IMG/VR virus record: IMGVR_UViG_3300045988_103437
DNA: 35,262 nucleotides
Direction: 5' to 3' (one strand)
Source: a virus
Of this stretch, positions 25,601 through 32,756 are shown piece after piece (position 1 is the first letter of the stretch; every line of letters begins with the position of its first letter). Both the position numbers and the translations under genes were made by a program. Under the pieces are notes generated by a model. The model was given only the letters and a program-made list of their open reading frames with translations. It was not told where the DNA came from and ran no database searches.

Positions 25601-26583
25601 TGGCAATTAGTATGAAACATAAATCAATTACAATTGATGTAAATGACCGCAACGCACCGAATGTTGTTGGTGTTGTCAATGTCAACGATAAAGCAACACG
25701 CTATCTTGATGTTACTTTAACGGCAAGCGGTGAAAAATTGACCTTTGCAGATTGCACAGTAACTGCAACCTTTGCAACTGATGGATATTTAATCTCAGAT
25801 TCAGTCGCTTGCATACTGAACAGCACGGCAGATGTTATTACTGTTCCGCTCGAAGATTTCAAGTCTATGTCGGGTTTCCTGGCAATCGAAATTAAGATTG
25901 CAAACGGTGAAACGCAGGTATTAAACACTCCGCTGACCTTAAAAGTCATGGTAACTCCGAGCCTCGCCGAAAACAGCAAGATAAACAACGAAAGTGCTGG
26001 CAGTTTTGTCGAAATCAGCCGAGAGATTGCCACAGCAAGAGGCGGTCAAAATTCGCTTGGAGCAAGGCTTGATAAAACAGACAAGAGTATTGCCCGAAAG
26101 CTCGATTCAATGCCGTTCGACAGCGAACCAAAGAATAACAGCCCGTGTTATCTGACAAGCGGTACGGTTTACAACGCTCTGCTTGTTAAAGCAGATAAAA
26201 CCGCCTTGGCGACTAAATACGATTCGTCAAATATTGAAAGTGGTACATCAACACTCACACCGTATTCAACCGTCACCGATAAAATCAAAAGTGCAAACTG
26301 TACATATAAGACGATTGGTGACATCGTAATCGTCAGTGCAACGGTCAAAATGAACGCAGTATCTCTTGGTGGCAATAGCATGTGTCCGCTGATTGATTTG
26401 CCGTACAAATGTATTTCCGAGGACAATGTTTTTTGTGTCGGTATTTCAAACCTTGGCAAACTCTTTAAATTTGCCATTCCGAAAAATAACACTTGGCTAC
26501 AGTTTTCGACTCAGGATAAGACCGTATATACATTCGCAGACGGCGAGCAAATTAATGTGATTTGCTTGTACAAAATTAAATAA
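25600..26583 (+). CDS. Baseplate or receptor-binding protein with a BppU-like N-terminal domain.
   Basis: The N-terminal sequence ITIDVNDRNAPNVVGVVNVNDKATRYLDVTLTASGEKLTFADCTV resembles BppU N-domains, and it is the last large tail gene. Confidence 0.6.
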   Translation: MAISMKHKSITIDVNDRNAPNVVGVVNVNDKATRYLDVTLTASGEKLTFADCTVTATFATDGYLISDSVACILNSTADVITVPLEDFKSMSGFLAIEIKIANGETQVLNTPLTLKVMVTPSLAENSKINNESAGSFVEISREIATARGGQNSLGARLDKTDKSIARKLDSMPFDSEPKNNSPCYLTSGTVYNALLVKADKTALATKYDSSNIESGTSTLTPYSTVTDKIKSANCTYKTIGDIVIVSATVKMNAVSLGGNSMCPLIDLPYKCISEDNVFCVGISNLGKLFKFAIPKNNTWLQFSTQDKTVYTFADGEQINVICLYKIK

Positions 26584-26597
26584 CGGAGGTAAAAATT

Positions 26598-26846
26598 ATG
26601 GAACTTAAAGAAAAAATCACACTTGATATGCTCACAAAGGACAGCGTGTCGGTACTCAGACAGCAGTTTTTGACCTTTAACGGTGAAGAAATGCAGGTCG
26701 GCGGAAACATCCGCAACGCATACATGAACAGCAAATCGGGCAGAGAACAGCTCAAAACGGTGCTGTCTGATGAATACTATAACGCTGTCATGGCTGTATG
26801 GGGTGATAATCCAACCGTTGATAAGCCGATAGAAAGTGAGGTGTAA
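26598..26846 (+). CDS. Small hypothetical protein between the tail and lysis modules.
   Basis: A GGAGG RBS precedes the 82-aa ORF. Confidence 0.55.
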   Translation: MELKEKITLDMLTKDSVSVLRQQFLTFNGEEMQVGGNIRNAYMNSKSGREQLKTVLSDEYYNAVMAVWGDNPTVDKPIESEV

Positions 26847-26849
26847 ACA

Positions 26850-27302
26850 ATGAAAGAAAACATTTTACAAGCATTATTTGCCACTGTGTGCGGAGCAATT
26901 GTCGCATATCTTAACATCTTACTTGTGCCGTTTGCTGTGATGATTGCGGTAATGATTATCGACTATATCACAGGAATGGCACAGGCATACATCAGCCACA
27001 CGCTTAACAGCCGTGTCGGGGTAACTGGTATCATCAAAAAGGTAGGCTATATCGTAGCCGTAGCGGTCGGTATTGTTGCCGACTATCTCATCAGCTCGGC
27101 ACTTGTCAACTGCGGAATCGATCTGCGGATTAACTACTGTATCGGAATGATTGTGACGATTTGGTTTATCATCAACGAATTAATTTCAATCCTTGAAAAC
27201 CTTTCGGAAATCGGAATCCCATTGCCGAAATTTTTGGTGTCAATCGTCAAGAGATTAAAGACAACAGTCGAAACGAAAACAGATTCAGAAAGTGAGGAAT
27301 GA
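26850..27302 (+). CDS. Holin (phage holin family 4-like, TcdE-like).
   Basis: It has several transmembrane segments, the motifs DYITGMAQAY and GIIKKVGYIVAVAV, and lies directly upstream of the endolysin. Confidence 0.8.
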   Translation: MKENILQALFATVCGAIVAYLNILLVPFAVMIAVMIIDYITGMAQAYISHTLNSRVGVTGIIKKVGYIVAVAVGIVADYLISSALVNCGIDLRINYCIGMIVTIWFIINELISILENLSEIGIPLPKFLVSIVKRLKTTVETKTDSESEE

Positions 27303-28144
27303 CTATGAGTAATTCAAAACTTGTAAATTACACTAAATTATCGCCAAATCACAGCGGTAAACGCACACACAGCATTGACCGCATTACTCCGCATTGCGTT
27401 GTAGGTCAGTGCTCTGTTGAAACTCTCGGAAATATTTTTCAGAATACAGCTTGTGAGGCAAGCTGTAATTACGGTATCGGCTATGACGGTAGAGTGTTGC
27501 TCTGCGTTGATGAAGGCAATCGCTCTTGGTGTAGTTCATCAAACGCAAATGACCAGAGGGCAGTCACAATCGAATGTGCAAGCGACACGGTAGCTCCGTA
27601 CACCATGAACAGCAAGGTGTATAACAAACTCGTTGCACTCTGCGTTGACATCTGCAAGCGTAACGGCAAGACTAAACTGCTTTGGTTCGGTAACGAGGAC
27701 AAGACTTTAAACTATTCGCCAAAATCAGGTGAAATGGTCTTGACTGTACATAGGTGGTTTGCAAATAAATCTTGCCCAGGTGATTGGCTCTATAACAGGC
27801 TCGGCAATCTTGCAGACGAAGTAACTGCACAGCTCAGTGGAAAAACAACAGATACGGAGGAAGAAGAAATGATTAAATTTGGTGCACATAACACAGCAAC
27901 ACTTGCATTCAAAAAGCAGTTGATTACTCTTTACAACATGAAAATAATCAAAACAAAAGTCGATAATTCAAACGGTTTCGGTGACGGCACTTTAAAGGCT
28001 GTTAAAGAGGCACAGAGAGCAGGTAAGGTCACAGTTGACGGCATTGTCGGCGAGAAGACAATCAATGCTATCTATCATCTTATCAATGACGGTATTCGAG
28101 CAAAAGACAGCAAAATCGCCAACGCTAAAAAAGCACTCAGCTGA
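27299..28144 (+). CDS. Endolysin: N-acetylmuramoyl-L-alanine amidase (amidase_2/PGRP-like) with a C-terminal peptidoglycan-binding domain.
   Basis: The motifs are RITPHCVVG and VHRWFANKSCPG. The C-terminal GDGTLKAVKEAQRAGKVTVDGIVGEKT is PG_binding_1-like. Confidence 0.85.
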   Translation: MTMSNSKLVNYTKLSPNHSGKRTHSIDRITPHCVVGQCSVETLGNIFQNTACEASCNYGIGYDGRVLLCVDEGNRSWCSSSNANDQRAVTIECASDTVAPYTMNSKVYNKLVALCVDICKRNGKTKLLWFGNEDKTLNYSPKSGEMVLTVHRWFANKSCPGDWLYNRLGNLADEVTAQLSGKTTDTEEEEMIKFGAHNTATLAFKKQLITLYNMKIIKTKVDNSNGFGDGTLKAVKEAQRAGKVTVDGIVGEKTINAIYHLINDGIRAKDSKIANAKKALS

Positions 28145-28197
28145 TTAAAACCTAAAGGACATTTTTAATGTCTTGACAAACACATAATTGCAAAAAT

Positions 28198-28236
28198 ATT
28201 CCCCTCACACTGTCATTAAAGATAGGTGAGGGGAAT
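28198..28236. terminator. Bidirectional intrinsic terminator between the convergent endolysin and accessory operon.
   Basis: The 11-bp arms are attcccctcac and gtgaggggaat. An A-run lies on the left and a T-rich run on the right. Confidence 0.75.
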
Positions 28237-28242
28237 TTATTA

Positions 28243-28431
28243 TTATTTATTATTTTCTGTTGCAATCCTTTCAAGCTCGCGGATTATGAGCTTTTCAACA
28301 TATGCGGGTGGTTTCCTCGTGCCGGTTTCCCAATCACCGATAGTTCTCTTTGGGATTTCGAGCAAATCAGACATTTTAGCTTGTGTTAATCCTGCTTTCT
28401 TTCGTGCCTCTTTAATCGTCAATCTTATCAA
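28243..28431 (-). CDS. Small XRE-type HTH regulator, the last gene of the accessory operon. It is a candidate autorepressor, Aca-like protein or antitoxin.
   Basis: The motif is AGLTQAKMSDLLEIPKRTIGDWETGTRKPP. The gene overlaps the upstream gene by 20 nt. Confidence 0.8.
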   Translation of the reverse strand: MIRLTIKEARKKAGLTQAKMSDLLEIPKRTIGDWETGTRKPPAYVEKLIIRELERIATENNK

Positions 28432-28999
28432 CCCCTTTTAAGTAGCCGTCAATCCAAATGACCTTGCCGGTCTGATATCTGCGGAAGTGTCCGCGAACTT
28501 GGAACACACCTTCGGGGCTTCTGTGACGGCCGACTGATGCAGCGTATAGTTGGTTCTGAAAAGGTCTGAACACGATTGTTTTGTTGCCTTTTTGATTCTT
28601 TCCTACAGCGGAAAATTCTCGCTTGTCACGGTCAAGAAAATTTCCATACCATAAGAAAGCGTTCGTGTGAATATACGATATTATCAAGGTCATCATTACA
28701 TCAAGCTGTTCTTGTCCTGTTTCAGTTTCCTTGGCTAGCTTATAGTGCAGTTGAAAATCGTTCGTACCTTCAGGAGTAGGAAAGAACTCGCCTTTAGCAA
28801 ACAGTTTTTTGTTGATTTTGAGAGAAAATCTTCTTTGAAGTTCTTTCGATTCGACATATAGCACGTATTCAGGATTGTCTTTTTTTCGGATTTCACACTT
28901 GTGGAAAAATGGTTCAGCTAAGGAACATTTCAATCTGTCTTTGTCTGCCCACTCTCGGAGATAAGAGTAGGCAGATTCTTCAATATAGATAGTATTCAA
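28412..28999 (-). CDS. Hypothetical 195-aa protein (accessory operon gene 3).
   Basis: The TTG start overlaps the upstream TGA stop (TTGA). No motif was recognised. The C-terminus is basic (RGHFRRYQTGKVIWIDGYLKG). Confidence 0.6.
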   Translation of the reverse strand: MNTIYIEESAYSYLREWADKDRLKCSLAEPFFHKCEIRKKDNPEYVLYVESKELQRRFSLKINKKLFAKGEFFPTPEGTNDFQLHYKLAKETETGQEQLDVMMTLIISYIHTNAFLWYGNFLDRDKREFSAVGKNQKGNKTIVFRPFQNQLYAASVGRHRSPEGVFQVRGHFRRYQTGKVIWIDGYLKGVDKIDD

Positions 29000-29217
29000 G
29001 AGATGATTTCAGCTCCTTTGATGTCAAGAAAAGTTACATTCGGATTTTCTGTTCCTAATGCATATTCGCCGCTGTCATCCGGACACATTACTTCTGCAAG
29101 TCCGATACATGAATTGTGTTCACGATAAGTGCTGACTACTTCATATGTGCCGTTATAATCATCAATCCATGTTCCCTTTTTAAGATTTTTGAAATCGTTA
29201 AATGTTTTGATTTTCAT
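28996..29217 (-). CDS. Small acidic hypothetical protein of 73 aa (accessory operon gene 2).
   Basis: The ATG at 29217 lies 8 nt after AGGAG. The track ORF extends to 29253 and overlaps gene 1. Confidence 0.6.
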   Translation of the reverse strand: MKIKTFNDFKNLKKGTWIDDYNGTYEVVSTYREHNSCIGLAEVMCPDDSGEYALGTENPNVTFLDIKGAEIIS

Positions 29218-29234
29218 AGTATTTACTCCTTTGC

Positions 29235-29531
29235 TTAAACATAGTCTGACCAATGGTCTTTGAAGAGCTCAACTGCTCTGTCGTAATCATCTGTATAGAT
29301 TACTCGATTATCTCCATGTTCTGCTGGGTCTTCTTCAATAAGCACGGATTTGGGAACCCACATCGTTTTACGCTGATAACAACCAACATTAAGCATTGCA
29401 TATACGGCTTTTTCTGTTTCTTTCAGGATTGCGAAAACATCACACATTGTGATGTTCTTGCCAAGCTCGTTCGCTACCTTATTAGCAAACCAATCTTTCA
29501 CCGTTAAAAACTTATCGCCTGTTCTTGTCAT
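29235..29531 (-). CDS. Small acidic hypothetical protein of 98 aa (accessory operon gene 1).
   Basis: It is the first ORF downstream of the palindrome-containing promoter. Confidence 0.6.
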   Translation of the reverse strand: MTRTGDKFLTVKDWFANKVANELGKNITMCDVFAILKETEKAVYAMLNVGCYQRKTMWVPKSVLIEEDPAEHGDNRVIYTDDYDRAVELFKDHWSDYV

Positions 29532-29562
29532 TTGTGATTTCCCTTTCCTTTATCTTGATTAC

Positions 29563-29591
29563 ATCATATCACGCATTGCGTGATATGTCAA
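29563..29591 (-). promoter_or_regulatory. Promoter of the accessory operon with an embedded perfect palindromic operator.
   Basis: On the minus strand this reads TTGACA (29586-29591), a 17-nt spacer, then TATGAT (29563-29568). The palindrome catatcacgca-t-tgcgtgatatg (29565-29587) fills the spacer. Confidence 0.7.
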
Positions 29592-29645
29592 GCGTTTTTT
29601 TAAAATATTTTTAGAAAAAGTAAATATTTTTTAATCGCTTCAATT

Positions 29646-29664
29646 ACTACAGATTTACTACAGA
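29646..29664 (+). repeat. Arm-type integrase binding sites on the P arm: two ACTACAGA copies 11 bp apart.
   Basis: ACTACAGA occurs at 29646-29653 and 29657-29664. The same tandem pair occurs at 29886-29904. Confidence 0.6.
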
Positions 29665-29720
29665 CACAGTTCGAAAAGTCCGAAAGTGCCGATAAACACT
29701 GACTTTTTCAAAACAAACCG

Positions 29721-29770
29721 CATGACTGTTAATCATGATGTCACTGGTTCGAGCCCAGTTGGGGGAGCCA
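29721..29770 (+). other. attP core: the 3' portion of a tRNA-Asn(GUU) gene, from the anticodon arm to CCA.
   Basis: Anticodon arm catga/ctGTTaa/tcatg, variable loop atgtc, T-arm actgg/ttcgagc/ccagt, acceptor tggggga, then g and cca. No D-arm or 5' acceptor strand lies upstream. Confidence 0.8.
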
Positions 29771-29778
29771 CGAGAGAA

Positions 29779-29819
29779 GTCAGTAATTAAGCCAAAAACG
29801 GCTTGTTTACTGGCTTTTT
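29779..29819 (+). terminator. Intrinsic terminator downstream of the tRNA fragment.
   Basis: A long imperfect stem spans 29779-29793 and 29800-29814. Its two G-U pairs are valid only in the + transcript, and TTTTT follows. Confidence 0.65.
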
Positions 29820-29885
29820 GCTTTGTTTATAATATTTTCGATTTTCAAAATTATTCACTTCTTTTTATGCCTTTTAATCTCTTAT

Positions 29886-29904
29886 ACTACAGATAAACTA
29901 CAGA
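29886..29904 (+). repeat. Arm-type integrase binding sites on the P' arm: two ACTACAGA copies 11 bp apart.
   Basis: ACTACAGA occurs at 29886-29893 and 29897-29904. Confidence 0.6.
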
Positions 29905-29949
29905 TTTTCCATAATAAAAACCGCCCGAAATGTAATCGGACGGCTTTTT

Positions 29950-31188
29950 TTACGCCAATAATTTGATCGCATTGTAAAGAGTGTCAACCTCTTGGATGAT
30001 GTAGTGGTCAATATCAACTTTGTAATCTGTATGCCCCATGAGAGCAATGATGTCCTCTTCTCGTGCGCCTGCCGCTGACATGCGGGTCGAAAATGTTCGA
30101 CGACAGGAGTGCGGAGTGAACTCATCACCCAAGCCGAGAGCCTGCATCGCCGGGCGAAAACCGTATTTCAAGAAATAATCCTTGTTCATCGCTTTGCCAA
30201 ACTCTGAACCTTCGTGTGTTCGACAGAAGATTGTTTCACCTTTGTGATTTATACAGTTCTCAACCAATTTTAAAATTTTAGGGTGGATAGGTACAACACG
30301 ATTTTTGCCGGCATCTGACTTTATGCCTGCGATAAAGTAAGGTATTCCTTGCTCACTTACATGGTATTGGTCAGTTGTAAGTGACAAAAATTCGCTCACT
30401 CTAAAATTGAGGTAGCACATTATATAAACATAATCGGCATAAGGTACTCTGCCTATGTTTTGTCGTATTAGCTCAAGCTGCACATCGGTAAAGCGTGTAG
30501 CGTTTACCTCTTCGGGTTCGGGTAGTTCTATAAATGTGCCGTAGTCTTTATTTACAATATCTTCTTTCATTGCAAAATCGTAAAGACTTGTGACGAAGCA
30601 TTTAATCTTATGTAGCGCCGAGTAGCCTAAGCCTTGGCAGATTTTCGGTGTGTTCGTGACCTTGTAAGTACCTTTGCCGTTTGGTGAAAGATATTTCAGT
30701 TTTCCGCCTGCGCCGACCTCGTGATGTGGATTTTCGTAATAATCCACGATGTACTGATAGTCTGATGTGCGCAAATCCCTAAATTTACGCTTGTACAAGG
30801 GCTTTAGCTTGATATAAGCGCTTGCGTAGTTGCTTTTTACGCTGTCACCAAGTTTTTTATATGCTTTAGTTTTTACCCATTTATCGTGTAATTGCTCAAG
30901 TGTCATATTAAAGCCATTGACGGGATTGTACTCATAATCTTTGAGTGCGTTTTCTGCCTCTCGCTTTGTGGCGAAAGTTCCCAAATAAACTTGTTTCCCT
31001 GTGACAGAGCTTGCAGCGGCATACGGTTTTGATTTGCTGTCTTTGCGAATGTAAATGCTTCCTGTACCTTTTGTTCTGCGCCTGTTTTTCGGCTTGTCAG
31101 ATGATTGATTTTTACCGCAGTAAGGACAATACGCAAAATTGTCCTGCAATTCTCGGTTACACCGTCGGTTTATACATTTTTTCATCAT
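29950..31188 (-). CDS. int: Tyrosine integrase with an N-terminal zinc ribbon and an AP2-like arm-binding domain.
   Basis: The ATG at 31188 follows AAGGAG. Motifs are CINRRC...CPYCG, GSIYIRKD...YLGTFATKREAENAL, and the catalytic HSCRRTFSTRM...LMGHTDYKVDIDHY. The track extension to 31257 runs into the promoter. Confidence 0.9.
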   Translation of the reverse strand: MMKKCINRRCNRELQDNFAYCPYCGKNQSSDKPKNRRRTKGTGSIYIRKDSKSKPYAAASSVTGKQVYLGTFATKREAENALKDYEYNPVNGFNMTLEQLHDKWVKTKAYKKLGDSVKSNYASAYIKLKPLYKRKFRDLRTSDYQYIVDYYENPHHEVGAGGKLKYLSPNGKGTYKVTNTPKICQGLGYSALHKIKCFVTSLYDFAMKEDIVNKDYGTFIELPEPEEVNATRFTDVQLELIRQNIGRVPYADYVYIMCYLNFRVSEFLSLTTDQYHVSEQGIPYFIAGIKSDAGKNRVVPIHPKILKLVENCINHKGETIFCRTHEGSEFGKAMNKDYFLKYGFRPAMQALGLGDEFTPHSCRRTFSTRMSAAGAREEDIIALMGHTDYKVDIDHYIIQEVDTLYNAIKLLA

Positions 31189-31228
31189 TTTGCTCCTTAA
31201 AAAAGGGTGCAAAAATCCCCTGCAAAAT

Positions 31229-31258
31229 ATTGTAATTTTCGCAGGGGTGTGGTACAAT
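31229..31258. promoter_or_regulatory. Overlapping face-to-face promoters: minus-strand P(int) and a + strand promoter.
   Basis: On the + strand: TTGTAA (31230-35), 17 nt, TACAAT (31253-58). On the - strand: TTGTAC (31252-57), 17 nt, TACAAT (31229-34). The inverted repeat cccctgc/gcagggg (31217-23 and 31241-47) overlaps them. Confidence 0.5.
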
Positions 31259-31264
31259 ATATTT

Positions 31265-31343
31265 GCTAAGAAAAATGCACCATTGCACCCGTTGTAATGG
31301 TCTCCGCTCTATCCTGTTGGCGCAGGGTAGGGCGGATTTTTTT
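31265..31343 (+). ncRNA. Candidate small RNA of about 80 nt (promoter, hairpin and intrinsic terminator) antisense to the int leader region.
   Basis: Hairpin accatt/aatggt (31279-31301). The terminator has a 13-bp stem at 31304-31335 with two U-G wobbles that would be C-A mismatches on the other strand, followed by T7. Confidence 0.45.
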
Positions 31344-31346
31344 ATT

Positions 31347-32621
31347 TTATTTTACTTTCTTGCTGACAAGGTTCATTTTAACGTCATTATCATAGGTATC
31401 TGTATCGAAATATATTAAATCAGCTCCTACGGTTGATGGATTGAAGTTTTTACAATCTTTCACACTGACTTCAATCATGCCCTCGCTGTGTGCTGAAATC
31501 GGAGCGCTACAGACTAACTTGTTGTAGCTTCTTCCGTCTAAGATGACGGTGTCGGCTTGTACGGTTATAGATTTATCCATTTTATTTTTTATATAAAAAT
31601 GAACATCAACTTCTTCATCCGAATAAGGAGCCTGCTCCGTATCGCTGTAATAAACGGCTATGTCGCTATCTGAATAAAGCTCGGTTAAAGTATCTTTAAA
31701 CTCTGTAGGTTTTTCGGTAGGCGGTTCTGTTTCGGGTTCAGTAGCTTTTTCTGCTGAATCTTCTTCAGGTGAACGAACATCTTTTGAAGAATATGTTATT
31801 ATAGAATTAACAATGATGTCTTCATAAAAATCAAATTCTTCAGATTGCTCATCGCCTTCGGTTGTGAAAAGCATACAACACAAATAATTCTTCGTCACCC
31901 ACACATACATTGTGCCGTAATACTTATCTCCGGATAATTCCAAATTTGCTATTACACGATAAGCGAGAAAGTCATCTATATGAGTTGTAGTTCTGCTTAT
32001 TTCTTCAAAGTCATCAAACGAATTTGCAAAGCCATCAAGAAAGCTGTCTACATAGCCTGAGGTAAATTGAGATGGTGAAATATTCGATTGAGATGAACTT
32101 ATATACAGCCTGTTTCCGTCAGGATCGTAAAAATAATGGTAACCGTCATGAGCTTTATGCGTCCACTCTTTAGGAATATCAATAGAAAAAGGAGTTATAT
32201 CATACCACTCAAACAAATCGGTTTCTGAGGTATCGTTAGAGGTTTGATTGGTAGAAGTTGTTACCGGTTCTTGAATATCAGGTTGGTTGCTACATTGCGA
32301 AATGGCAGTTACCGCAGTGGTGGTCAATATCAAAGCTATCAGCAAAGCAATGTAAAAATGTGGAGTGCGATATATAGGCTTTTTTTCAGTCGTTTTTTCA
32401 GCTTCTCCCGTAGGGCTGAATTTGTTTTTTTGATATGTATGGCATATCGGGCAAAATACTGAATTATTCGGTATGATGTTACCGCAACTTTCACACTTGC
32501 AGGGTTCTGTGTTTTTAGATTCGTCGTCTTTAAACAGAGCAACCTGTTCAATCTTCGCTCCGCATTCGTTACAGAACTTTGCACCGACAGGAACCTCAGA
32601 ACCGCATTTTTGACATTTCAT
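31347..32621 (-). CDS. Membrane-anchored protein with two N-terminal zinc ribbons, one transmembrane helix and a large extracytoplasmic region. It is probably expressed from the prophage.
   Basis: Motifs are CQKCG..CNECG and CESCG..CPIC, with the transmembrane helix HFYIALLIALILTTTAVTAI. A GAGGAGGG RBS precedes the start. It is on the same strand as the repressor operon. Confidence 0.75.
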   Translation of the reverse strand: MKCQKCGSEVPVGAKFCNECGAKIEQVALFKDDESKNTEPCKCESCGNIIPNNSVFCPICHTYQKNKFSPTGEAEKTTEKKPIYRTPHFYIALLIALILTTTAVTAISQCSNQPDIQEPVTTSTNQTSNDTSETDLFEWYDITPFSIDIPKEWTHKAHDGYHYFYDPDGNRLYISSSQSNISPSQFTSGYVDSFLDGFANSFDDFEEISRTTTHIDDFLAYRVIANLELSGDKYYGTMYVWVTKNYLCCMLFTTEGDEQSEEFDFYEDIIVNSIITYSSKDVRSPEEDSAEKATEPETEPPTEKPTEFKDTLTELYSDSDIAVYYSDTEQAPYSDEEVDVHFYIKNKMDKSITVQADTVILDGRSYNKLVCSAPISAHSEGMIEVSVKDCKNFNPSTVGADLIYFDTDTYDNDVKMNLVSKKVK

Positions 32622-32640
32622 TTATAAACCCTCCTCTTTT

Positions 32641-32667
32641 GATATATATATTGACAATATATATATC
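32641..32667. promoter_or_regulatory. Perfect 13-bp-arm palindrome that overlaps a + strand TTGACA/TAAAAT promoter.
   Basis: The palindrome is gatatatatattg-a-caatatatatatc. The promoter is TTGACA 32651-32656, 17 nt, TAAAAT 32674-32679. Confidence 0.55.
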
Positions 32668-32685
32668 ATGTATTAAAATAATATT

Positions 32686-32756
32686 AGAGAGGTTCAGACT
32701 TCTCACTATTCCTATTTTACCTACCATAGTTGCCGCTATGGTAGGTTTTTCTTTTT
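32686..32756 (+). ncRNA. Candidate small RNA of about 70 nt, antisense to the 3' end of the ImmA-like gene (lambda OOP-like arrangement).
   Basis: It lies downstream of the 32651-32679 promoter. The terminator arms are acctaccatag and ctatggtaggt (32719-32746), followed by TTTTCTTTTT only in the + orientation. Confidence 0.45.

Noticed and set aside
28226-28441. A + strand 71-aa ORF antisense to the small HTH gene.
   Set aside because: The minus-strand frame encodes a textbook XRE HTH. The + ORF starts inside the terminator stem.
29700-29772. A possible complete tRNA gene.
   Set aside because: Only the anticodon arm through CCA is present. The upstream sequence (aaaacaaaccg) cannot form a D-arm or pair with the acceptor 3' strand. 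It is therefore interpreted as the attP core and not as a functional phage tRNA.
31275-31418. A 47-codon + strand ORF starting at ATG 31275 inside the sRNA candidate.
   Set aside because: It has no RBS, reads through a strong terminator, and is antisense to the 3' end of the membrane protein gene.
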